A stretch of 64,000 nucleotides of DNA from an uncultured Thermoleophilia bacterium (lineage in GTDB: Bacteria > Actinomycetota > Thermoleophilia > Gaiellales > Gaiellaceae). The notes beneath the pieces were generated by a model that saw only the letters and a list, made by a program, of their open reading frames with translations, was not told the DNA's origin and did no database searches. Each line of letters opens with the position of its first letter. Position 1 is the first letter of the stretch. Made by a program: the position numbers and the translations under genes. Positions 1-6,882 of the stretch are shown here, piece by piece. The stretch covers positions 44,105-108,104 of the forward strand of contig CAWAYE010000004.1 of assembly GCA_963786185.1 (NCBI GenBank), given 5' to 3'.

Positions 1-140
1 ACACGGACGACCAGAATCGTCTCGCCGTCAAACTGGGCGACGCCGGGATTCGTGACCGTGTTCACCGTGTGGGGCCAGTGGGCTGCGGTGAGAATCGGGT
101 TCACCTCGTACCGTCTGAACAGCTCCGGGGACGTCAGCAT
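1..140 (-). CDS. GH130-like glycosidase/phosphorylase (DUF377-type), N-terminal fragment; the gene runs off the window start
   Basis: Minus-strand translation from ATG at 138-140 gives MLTSPELFRRYEVNPILTAAHWPHTVNTVTNPGVAQFDGETILVVRV. By eye this fits the NPIL..(F/T)NPG..G..LL.R N-terminal pattern of GH130 enzymes. It is absent from the ORF track because it has no stop in the window. A GTG near 197 is an alternative start. Confidence 0.45.
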   Translation of the reverse strand, partial: MLTSPELFRRYEVNPILTAAHWPHTVNTVTNPGVAQFDGETILVVR

Positions 141-200
141 GACGTGACCCGGATCGTCCGGTACCTGGCGCAAGTCTTGCCAACCCACGTTCTCGACCTC

Positions 201-349
201 TTAGTCGTTGACGCTACCCAGCCTGCCGGGCCGCCCCGGCACGGACGTCCGGGAAATCGCGGATTCGCGTGCCGCTTTGCCGCACCAAAGGCCTGAAGGA
301 GCGCGAGCCGGCCAGCCAGTCCGAGCTTGGCGTTAGCGTGCAAATACAT
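201..349 (-). pseudogene. IS481-like transposase N-terminal (HTH) remnant, frameshifted and truncated
   Basis: ATG at 347-349 reads MYLHANAKLGLAGRLALLQ, matching the H-x-N-A-x-L-x(3)-G-R-x-x-L start typical of IS481-family transposases. A second frame then reads ..GKAARESAISRTSV.., which is HTH-like, and ends at TAA 201-203. No catalytic domain follows. Confidence 0.35.
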
Positions 350-353
350 CCGA

Positions 354-403
354 GCCCTCCTTTGAGCGTGAGTCCGGGAAGACCCACAGCCTCAAAGGAG
401 GGC
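354..403 (-). promoter_or_regulatory. 13-bp perfect inverted repeat (GCCCTCCTTTGAG-N24-CTCAAAGGAGGGC) able to sequester the SD of the transposase remnant
   Basis: Arms lie at 354-366 and 391-403. On the minus strand one arm carries AAAGGAGGG 6 nt upstream of the remnant ATG (349). The other arm is anti-SD-like (CCCUCCUUU). Confidence 0.4.
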
Positions 404-508
404 CGGATAGAACTCAGCCGTTCACAACGTCTGTAGGCACGTCACCTAGGCGCGAGGCTGAGGCCAAACGGTTCCGGTCCGGAGTAACGTCTGCGAGGAG
501 GGGCCGAC

Positions 509-1451
509 ATGGAGTTCGGTGTACACCTTCCGCTGATCTCGTTCGCAGGCGAGCAACGCTCGCTCGACGATCTGCTCGCGTTCACGGAAGCCGCACGCGA
601 TCTCGGGTTACTCGCACCTCTGCGCGAATGACCATCTCGTGTTCTCGCGCCCATGGCTCGATGGGCCGACGGTGCTAGCTGCGGTGCTTGCGCACACCGG
701 TCAGATGACGCTCGCGACGACCGTCGCTGTGCCGGTGCTTCGAGGACCGGCAGCAACCGCGAAGATCCTCGCGGCCATCGATCTGTTGTCCGGCGGCCGG
801 CTGGTGGTCGGACTCGGTCCCGGTTCGTCTGCTCGGGACTTCGAGCTTGTTGGCGTGCGATTCGAGGAGCGCTGGAAGCGGCTGGACGAGGCAGTGGAGA
901 CGCTGCGCGCGTACTGGCGAGCCGACGACGTCGCGTTTGAGGGCGCGTTCTACTCCACCGCCGGCATCACGCTGGCCCCGACGCCGTCGCAGCGCCCCGG
1001 CCCACCGATCTGGATCGGAAGCTGGGGATCGGCGGCGGGGCTCAAACGCGTGGCGCGCCTTGCCGACGGCTGGCTCGCGTCTGGCTACAACACGACCCCG
1101 GAACTGTTCGCCCAGGCCTGGTCGGACGTCCAGGCGGAGGTGGCGGCACGCGGGCGCGACGTTTCGCGATTCGCGAACGGCATCGCGACGATGTGGTGCT
1201 ACGTCACCGACGACCGGACTCGCGCCGACACGATGCTCACAGACGTGCTGGCGCCGATGCTCAATCGTCCGGAGGAGCAGCTGCGAACATCACTTCCGAT
1301 CGGTTCGGCAGAGCAATGCGCGGAGAAACTGTTGCCGTACGCTCGCGCGGGCGCCCAACGCGTCTTCCTGTGGCCGCTCGCCGACGAACTCGCTCAACTC
1401 GAGGTGTTCCGCGAGCGCGTCGTGCCACTTCTCGATGGTGAGCGGACGTAG
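509..1451 (+). pseudogene. LLM-class (luciferase-like) flavin/F420-dependent oxidoreductase, disrupted by a 1-nt insertion near 605-608
   Basis: ATG 509 reads MEFGVHLPLISFAGEQRSLDDLLAFTEAARDLG and then hits TGA at 629-631. The frame of ORF 639..1451 reads backwards as GYSHLCANDHLVFSRPWLDGP. The two frames join cleanly if one base of the ctcGGGTtac stretch is removed. The remainder (270 aa) is a typical LLM family sequence. Confidence 0.8.
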
Positions 1452-1515
1452 GGCGCCGGCGTTCGGGAACGTCCCTTGAGGCACTGCGCCGGAGTGTGCG
1501 AACGTCGCGTGAATC

Positions 1516-1653
1516 TCAGGTGCCGTCCGGATCCGCTGTCTCCTCGCACTCGAGGCAGATCCATTCCCCGTCGCGCGCTTTCCGTGCGCTCAGTGCCACC
1601 GGAACCATTGTCACTCCGCAAGCGGGGCAGATCGGCGGGCGCTCGTCGTCCAT
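1516..1653 (-). CDS. Small zinc-ribbon protein (45 aa, CxxC..CxxC)
   Basis: The minus strand reads MDDERPPICPACGVTMVPVALSARKARDGEWICLECEETADPDGT*. It is below the track cutoff and in a different frame from ORF 1394..1681. It has four Cys in two CxxC pairs and moderately high GC3. The SD is weak. Confidence 0.35.
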   Translation of the reverse strand: MDDERPPICPACGVTMVPVALSARKARDGEWICLECEETADPDGT

Positions 1654-1761
1654 GCCCGAAGTATGGGCGGCAAGCGACCACCAGGCGTTGGTCGCCTCGC
1701 CTGGGCTAGCGTCCTCACGCTAGAGGCGGTTCTTCACCACGCAGTGGGGATGGAGGAAGGC

Positions 1762-2898
1762 CTACAGGCCGAGCTTCAAGACCTCGCTCGAGAAGGCGTT
1801 GTAGCTGGGCTTCTTCGCGCCGGTGCGCTTCTCGACGCCGCTCGCCCAGGTTGCGCCCGTGCTGTCGCGGAAGATGAACCAGATGAACATCTGGACGTAC
1901 GGGTCCTTGTGCGCGAGCTGGAGCGCCTTCCGCAGGTCGGCCGCCTGCTTCGCATAGGTGATGCCGCCGAACGTGTCCTCCGGCTTCGTCTGCTCGCCGT
2001 ACTCGGTGATCCAGATCGGCACGCGGCGGTGGAACCACTTCCGCAGGTCGGCGCCGAACCTGGACATCGTCGACAGGGCGACGTTCGGGTACGCGACGCG
2101 CTGGCCGGGGCCGAGCGCGTAGACGGTCGGATACGGGTGCGTCGCCCACGCCGCGAAGCTCAGGTGCGGGTTCGCCTTGGCGACCAGCTGCGCGAAGGTC
2201 GCCGGTGCGACGGTGTCGTAGCCGACCTTTCCGGTCGGATGGTTCCGACCGCGGTTCGACGTCTCGCCGGCGGCGACCTGCGCGCTCGAGTTGCCCGACT
2301 TGATCCCCTTGTAGCCGGCGAGGAAGAGCTTGGCGTACGTGGCGCCGCTCACGATCTTCTTGCCGCGGTACTGGGGTGCGAGGAAGCGGCCGAGGTTCGG
2401 CTCGTTCCAGATCGACCAGCGCGTGACGACTCCGCGCTCGGCGTTCGTTCCGTCGTAGCGCGCCGCGAGCATGTGCGCGAACTGGGTGAGCGTTCGCAGG
2501 TTCGTGGGCGGGTAGTTCTGGGTCCGGCCGCCGTTCGCCCACTTCGGTGTGCCGGTAATCGTCACGAGGATCTGCATCCCGTGGTCGGTTGCCCCCGCGA
2601 CGAACTTGTCGAGGTCGCTCAGGTTGTAGGCGGGATCGTCGCCGTCGAGCGGGCTCGCCGGCTTCGTCGGTGCGATCTGCGCCCAGTTCGCGAGCGTGTG
2701 CACGATCGTCGCGCCGGCCGCCTGGGCGGAGTCGAGGTTCTGGGTTGCGTCCGGAGACCAGCGGAAGCTGGGGTCGTCGTAGAAGCCGACCTGCATCTGC
2801 GCCTTCGTGCGCGCGGCGGTCGTGCCGGGCAGCGCCGCGACGAGCAGGGCCGCCAGGGCGAGGAGGATCAGGTTTCTCTGAGAGGTGATCGAAGACAT
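1762..2898 (-). CDS. Secreted clan GH-A (GH5-like) glycoside hydrolase
   Basis: 378-aa ORF with an N-terminal signal peptide (LILLALAALLVAALPGTTAA). It has WNEPN (acid/base Glu) and ITEYG (nucleophile Glu) motifs. Confidence 0.8.
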   Translation of the reverse strand: MSSITSQRNLILLALAALLVAALPGTTAARTKAQMQVGFYDDPSFRWSPDATQNLDSAQAAGATIVHTLANWAQIAPTKPASPLDGDDPAYNLSDLDKFVAGATDHGMQILVTITGTPKWANGGRTQNYPPTNLRTLTQFAHMLAARYDGTNAERGVVTRWSIWNEPNLGRFLAPQYRGKKIVSGATYAKLFLAGYKGIKSGNSSAQVAAGETSNRGRNHPTGKVGYDTVAPATFAQLVAKANPHLSFAAWATHPYPTVYALGPGQRVAYPNVALSTMSRFGADLRKWFHRRVPIWITEYGEQTKPEDTFGGITYAKQAADLRKALQLAHKDPYVQMFIWFIFRDSTGATWASGVEKRTGAKKPSYNAFSSEVLKLGL

Positions 2899-2977
2899 GC
2901 GTACAGCGTTGCCCCGACCGGTCGGCTTTCAGTCGTGAAGTGATGGGGACGCCGTAAAACTCTCGTCAGGACTGCGT

Positions 2978-2999
2978 AAAAAACCCGGAATCGGGCCGG
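2978..2999 (-). terminator. Weak intrinsic terminator candidate after the membrane-protein gene
   Basis: On the minus strand a short GC hairpin (CCGGCCCGATTCCGGG) is followed by TTTTTT. A T6 run is conspicuous in this GC-rich sequence. It lies 8 nt after the stop at 3007. Confidence 0.35.
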
Positions 3000-3006
3000 A
3001 AGGCGT

Positions 3007-3606
3007 CTACGAGAACGGCTTCGTGACCATGTCGAGCACGACGATCAGGAGGACCGTCACGTCGACGCGGACGATCAGCAGGATCCGCTGGATCAACGCG
3101 ATCGTCTCGGGGTGAGCCGGCCCGTTCGTCTCGGCCGCCGCGGCGATCCGCTTCGCGAGCGGCGACAACACGGCGATGCCGGTGACGAAGGTGAGGGCAT
3201 AGCCGATCAGCCCGAGCACCACCCAGAACCTGCCCCACCCGAAGTTCGTGTTGACCATCATCGCGATTCCCATCAGGAACACGATCAGGCCGGACGGTGC
3301 GAACAGCCGCTCGCCGACCAACGCCGCCTGCTTGGCGACGTGCGCCACCTCGGCGGGGTCGCCGCTTCGCTCTGCGACCAGGCCGAGGATCGTCAGCAGC
3401 AGCCCGCCGCCGACCCAGAGCACGGCGAAGGTGACGTGCACGGCCTTGAAGAGGGCGAACCAGTCGTTCGGCAGGAGCGTCGACGAGAACGCGAAGACGA
3501 CGGCGATCACCGCGACTGCGCCGAGCAGGCCGGCCGTGATCAGCTGTGAGTTCGCCGAGGCGCCGGTGCTCTGCTGCGTCTCTTCGAGTGCGGGTGCGTC
3601 TTCCAC
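3007..3606 (-). CDS. Integral membrane protein (about 5 TM helices; DUF2269-like is a guess)
   Basis: 199-aa ORF with several long hydrophobic segments. It is the last gene of the ECF sigma operon, 10 nt downstream of the peroxiredoxin stop. Confidence 0.7.
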   Translation of the reverse strand: MEDAPALEETQQSTGASANSQLITAGLLGAVAVIAVVFAFSSTLLPNDWFALFKAVHVTFAVLWVGGGLLLTILGLVAERSGDPAEVAHVAKQAALVGERLFAPSGLIVFLMGIAMMVNTNFGWGRFWVVLGLIGYALTFVTGIAVLSPLAKRIAAAAETNGPAHPETIALIQRILLIVRVDVTVLLIVVLDMVTKPFS

Positions 3607-3616
3607 GGGGGGAGAT

Positions 3617-4096
3617 CTACTCAGGTTTTTCGTTCGAGTGCAAGTCCCGGCACGCCCCGAGCAGCTCGTCGACGTCCGGCAGCTCGCTGTTCTCGAAGCT
3701 CCAGGCGGCGCGAACGATGCCGTCCGAATCGACCAGGAAGGTGCAGCGCCTGGCGACGTTTCGGAAGCCGCGGAACTCCTGGCCGATCCCGAACGCGCGG
3801 ACAGCGTCGCCGTTGAAGTCCGAGAGCAGCCCGAAGTTCAGGTCGAGCGCCTGGGTCCACGCGATATGCGTCCACGGCGAGTCGCGTGAGATGCCGACCG
3901 GCTGGACGCCGAGCTCGTCGAACTCGTCTCTCCTGTCACGCAGGAGCTCGAGCTCGTTCGTTCAGGTCGACGACCAGTCGAAGAGATAGAAGAAGAGCAG
4001 CTTCGGGCCGTCCTCGACGAGCTCCGCCATGGTGACGGGCTCGTTCGGGCCGAGAAAGACCGTCGCCTCGGGAATCGGGTCGCCGACCGTGAGCAC
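3617..4096 (-). CDS. Peroxiredoxin (AhpC/TSA/Bcp thioredoxin-fold family) with in-frame TGA at codon 45, predicted selenocysteine
   Basis: GTG 4094-4096 reads MLTVGDPIPEATVFLGPNEPVTMAELVEDGPKLLFFYLFDWSST. TGA follows at 3962-3964, then [114 protein letters not shown] and TAG at 3617-3619. The TGA aligns with the peroxidatic Cys of D-F-T-x-x-C-x-x-E. The conserved Arg (RRCTFLVD) is present and GC3 is high on both sides. The gene is missing from the ORF track because the part after the TGA has no ATG/GTG/TTG. Confidence 0.75.
3919..3956 (-). promoter_or_regulatory. Bacterial SECIS-like hairpin downstream of the UGA
   Basis: mRNA positions +9 to +46 from the U of UGA form an 8-bp lower stem (CGAGCUCG with CGAGUUCG, one G-U pair) and an AG/AGA internal loop. 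Above that is a 6-bp upper stem (CUCCUG/CAGGAG) with apical loop CGUGA. The loop starts 21 nt after UGA and has G at its second position. Confidence 0.6.
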
Positions 4097-4105
4097 GTGT
4101 CGACC

Positions 4106-5224
4106 CTATCGCGGGCAGCACCAGCGGCCGTCGAGCTCCAGCTGCGGCCCGAGTCGGTCTCCGCGCGGGAACTGCTGCTCGATGTTCGAGACCGCGCGCA
4201 CGTGGGAGCCGCGGAGGAAGAGCCATTGGTTCGCCGTCGGCCAGTCGACGAGCAGCCAGCTTCCGTCCGGCGCCCACGCGAAGTCGCCGAAGGTGCCCGG
4301 CCCGGCGAAGAGCACGTGCGGCGCCCTCGGCCGGTCGGCGTGCACCAGCGAGACCTGGCTCCGTCCCTGCTCCCGGAGCGACAGCGCCAGGTCGTGGGTC
4401 CGCGGGCGGAAGGCTGCATCGACGATGCGCTCGGCCGGCGCCGCGACGGTGCGTTTCACGCTGCCGTCGCCGCGCAGCAGGACGACGCTGTGGCCCGAGA
4501 CGACGGCCAGCAGCCGGCCGTCCGACGACCAGCTCAGCGACGACGGGGTGATCGTGATCGGCGCCCGCCAGACGACCTTCCTCGTGTCGGCGTTGCGGAG
4601 CACGATCGCGCCGCCGGCGACGTACGCGACGGTGTGGAGGCGGGACGGGTCCCACGCCGGCGGCACCTCACCGGCGAAGCGGTCGAGCAGGCGGTCGTCG
4701 GTCCCGTCGCCGGCGACCACGCGCAGGCCGCCTCGCGTCATGTACGCGATCCGCGTGTCGGTGAGCGTTCCTTCCCAGCGGGGCCAGTACGCGCCGGGCC
4801 GGGGCAGCGACCAGCGGACGCCGTGCCGCACGTCCAGCGTCAGCAGGTCGGAGCTCGTCGTCGCGACCACGTAGAGCCCGTGCGGCGACCACATCGCGTC
4901 CTCGTAGTCGCCGAGCCGGCGCCGCAGGCCGTCGGCGCCGACCACCCACACCCCGCCGTCCTCGGCCGACACGACGAGCAGGCGGCCCGGCGCGGGAAGG
5001 GCGGCGAGCCGCGGCGAGGCGTGCTCGATCCCGACGGCGCGGCGCACCCGCTCGAGCACCGCGTGCCCCGGCGGCGTGATCACGGCCACCGCAACCGCCG
5101 CCGCACCGGCGACGGCCACCAGCGCCAGCAGCAGCCTGGTGCTCGGCCGCCTGCTCGCGCGGGCCGGCGAGCGCTCCTCGAACGCGCGACGCACGACCTC
5201 CCAGGCACGGTCTTCCGGCGTCAC
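4106..5224 (-). CDS. Single-pass membrane protein with extracytoplasmic TolB/WD40-like beta-propeller; putative anti-sigma or sigma-associated sensor
   Basis: 372-aa ORF whose ATG overlaps the sigma gene stop (ATGA at 5221-5224). It has a cytoplasmic segment of about 28 aa, one TM helix (LLLALVAVAGAAAVAVAVI), and a repetitive beta-strand-rich region with SPDG/SSDG-like blades. Confidence 0.7.
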   Translation of the reverse strand: MTPEDRAWEVVRRAFEERSPARASRRPSTRLLLALVAVAGAAAVAVAVITPPGHAVLERVRRAVGIEHASPRLAALPAPGRLLVVSAEDGGVWVVGADGLRRRLGDYEDAMWSPHGLYVVATTSSDLLTLDVRHGVRWSLPRPGAYWPRWEGTLTDTRIAYMTRGGLRVVAGDGTDDRLLDRFAGEVPPAWDPSRLHTVAYVAGGAIVLRNADTRKVVWRAPITITPSSLSWSSDGRLLAVVSGHSVVLLRGDGSVKRTVAAPAERIVDAAFRPRTHDLALSLREQGRSQVSLVHADRPRAPHVLFAGPGTFGDFAWAPDGSWLLVDWPTANQWLFLRGSHVRAVSNIEQQFPRGDRLGPQLELDGRWCCPR

Positions 5225-5715
5225 TCGGCGCCTCTCATCCGGTCGAGGCCGCGGCGGAGGCGCGAGTTGACGGTGCCGCGCGGCAGCCCGAGCAGCTCCG
5301 CGATCTCGCCGGGCGTGTACTCGAGCACGTAGCGGAGGACGACGACCGCCCGATGCTCCGGCGACAAGCCGGCGATCCGGGCGAGCGTGCCGTCGTCCGG
5401 CTCGGGCGCGGCCGGCGCGGCGTGGACGTCGCCGAGCTCGACCTCCGCCCGCAGCCTGCGCGAACGCGTGAAGTCGATCGCCCTGTTGACGACGATGCGG
5501 TGCAGCCAGGGGCCGAAGGGCCGCCGCCGGTCGAAGCGGTCGAGGTTGCGGATCGCAGCGAGAAAGGCCTCCTGGGCGATGTCTTCGGCGGCGGCGGCGT
5601 CGCCGGTGACGAGGTAGGCGGCCCGGTGGGCCCGCGGCCAGTGCTCGCGGAAGAGCCGTTCGAGGTCCGCGACCGAGCCCCGCTTGGCACCTCGGATCCA
5701 GGCGCGCTCAGCCAC
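5221..5715 (-). CDS. ECF-type RNA polymerase sigma-70 family factor
   Basis: 164 aa. Region 2 (AEDIAQEAFLAAIRNLDRFD...FGPWLHRIVVNRAIDF) and region 4 (YTPGEIAELLGLPRGTVNSRLRRG) are recognisable. Confidence 0.92.
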   Translation of the reverse strand: MAERAWIRGAKRGSVADLERLFREHWPRAHRAAYLVTGDAAAAEDIAQEAFLAAIRNLDRFDRRRPFGPWLHRIVVNRAIDFTRSRRLRAEVELGDVHAAPAAPEPDDGTLARIAGLSPEHRAVVVLRYVLEYTPGEIAELLGLPRGTVNSRLRRGLDRMRGAE

Positions 5716-5796
5716 CCGCCGACTCTACGACGGAGGTCGTCCACGAGGTCCATACGGGCGAGGGACCTGATCGGGTCCCTGCGGTGTACTGATGAC

Positions 5797-6882
5797 ATGA
5801 AGAGACTGCTGCTCGTCTGCGCCGCCGCGCTCGTGCTGCCTGGCGCCGCGCGCAGCGCGGCCTGCTCGCCGCTCTCCTGCTCTCCGAGCCAGTTCGTCCT
5901 CGGGCATGGCACGCTGCTGGCGGTGCGCGGCGCGCCCGACAAGCCGCTGCGCGTGATCGACCTGCGGACGGGCCGGACGAAGTGGTGGCTGCCGGCCGGC
6001 GTCGTGACCGGGAACACCCTCGTCCATCAGGACTCTTCGCTCGTCACGTGGTTCGACGCGACCCGCGGGTCGCGCGTCGCCGACGCCGTGCTCCGGGAAC
6101 ACGGCAGCTTCACGCTCGTGGGGACGTCCCAGGACGCTGCACGCGCGGTGCTCGCGCGCACGCAGGGCCGCTCGACGACGTTCGCGATCGTTTCGCGCAG
6201 CGCGCAGCGCACCGTGAAGCTGGGAGGGAACGACTGGCAGTTCGACGCACTCGACGGACGTAACCTGTTCCTGATCAAGCAGCTCCAGAACGGGTACGAG
6301 GTGCGCCTGTACGACCTCGCCACGAACACGCTGCAGCGTCAGGCCCTCAAGGACCCGCAGGAGAGCGCGCTCATCCAGGGGATTCCCTTCGCGCGGGCCT
6401 CGTCGCCGAACGGGCGCTATCTGTTCACGCTGTACGTCGGCAGCAACGGCAACGCGATGATCCACGAGCTGGACACCGCCGCCGGGTCTGCCCACTGCAT
6501 CGACCTGCCGGGAGTCGGCGACTTCAACGCTGCGATCACGTGGGCGATCGTGCCGTCGCGCGACAATTCGACCGTCTGGGCCGTGAGCGTCGGCTACGGC
6601 CGCGTCGTCGCGATCGACGTCGCCGCGCACGCGGTTCACGAGCATACGAGCTTCGCCCGCGTCACCTGGACGTCGAACGCCGGCGTTGCCGCCATGGCCC
6701 CGGACGGGAAGCGCCTCGTCGTCACCGACGCGGAGCACACCTGGTTCGTGTCGCTCGGGACGTTCGCCGTCAGGCGAGGCCCGAACCACACGGCGATCGC
6801 GCTCGCGTTCTCCACCGACGGCCGGCGCGTCTGGGGCGTGGGTCAGCGAAGTCGCGTGTTCGCGTTACGCGTGAACCGCTGA
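5797..6882 (+). CDS. Secreted beta-propeller repeat protein (YncE/YVTN-like)
   Basis: An in-frame ATG at 5797 inside ORF 5353..6882 gives MKRLLLVCAAALVLPGAARSAAC, a signal peptide. The upstream part of the ORF is antisense to the sigma gene. The body is repetitive and beta-strand-rich. Confidence 0.65.
   Translation: MKRLLLVCAAALVLPGAARSAACSPLSCSPSQFVLGHGTLLAVRGAPDKPLRVIDLRTGRTKWWLPAGVVTGNTLVHQDSSLVTWFDATRGSRVADAVLREHGSFTLVGTSQDAARAVLARTQGRSTTFAIVSRSAQRTVKLGGNDWQFDALDGRNLFLIKQLQNGYEVRLYDLATNTLQRQALKDPQESALIQGIPFARASSPNGRYLFTLYVGSNGNAMIHELDTAAGSAHCIDLPGVGDFNAAITWAIVPSRDNSTVWAVSVGYGRVVAIDVAAHAVHEHTSFARVTWTSNAGVAAMAPDGKRLVVTDAEHTWFVSLGTFAVRRGPNHTAIALAFSTDGRRVWGVGQRSRVFALRVNR

Noticed and set aside
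408-417. The identical 10-mer GGATAGAACT also occurs at 47098-47107, so it might be a shared regulatory motif.
   Set aside because: The flanking sequences do not align. At 47101 it serves as a plausible -10 with a perfect TTGACA 18 nt upstream, but no -35 exists at the right distance at 408. A single 10-mer recurrence in 64 kb is weak evidence.
1700-1722. Short hairpin CTAGCGT-CCTC-ACGCTAG, about 40 nt downstream of the GH5-like gene stop, as a terminator.
   Set aside because: The stem is only 7 bp and no U tract lies on the relevant strand. It is not distinguishable from chance.
5716-5760. ECF-type autoregulatory promoter (GGACC ... CGTC) upstream of the sigma gene.
   Set aside because: The GGACC and CGTC elements are only 14 nt apart, against the usual 16-17 nt. 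The -35 deviates from GGAAC, and the match is too short to distinguish from chance in 70% GC DNA.
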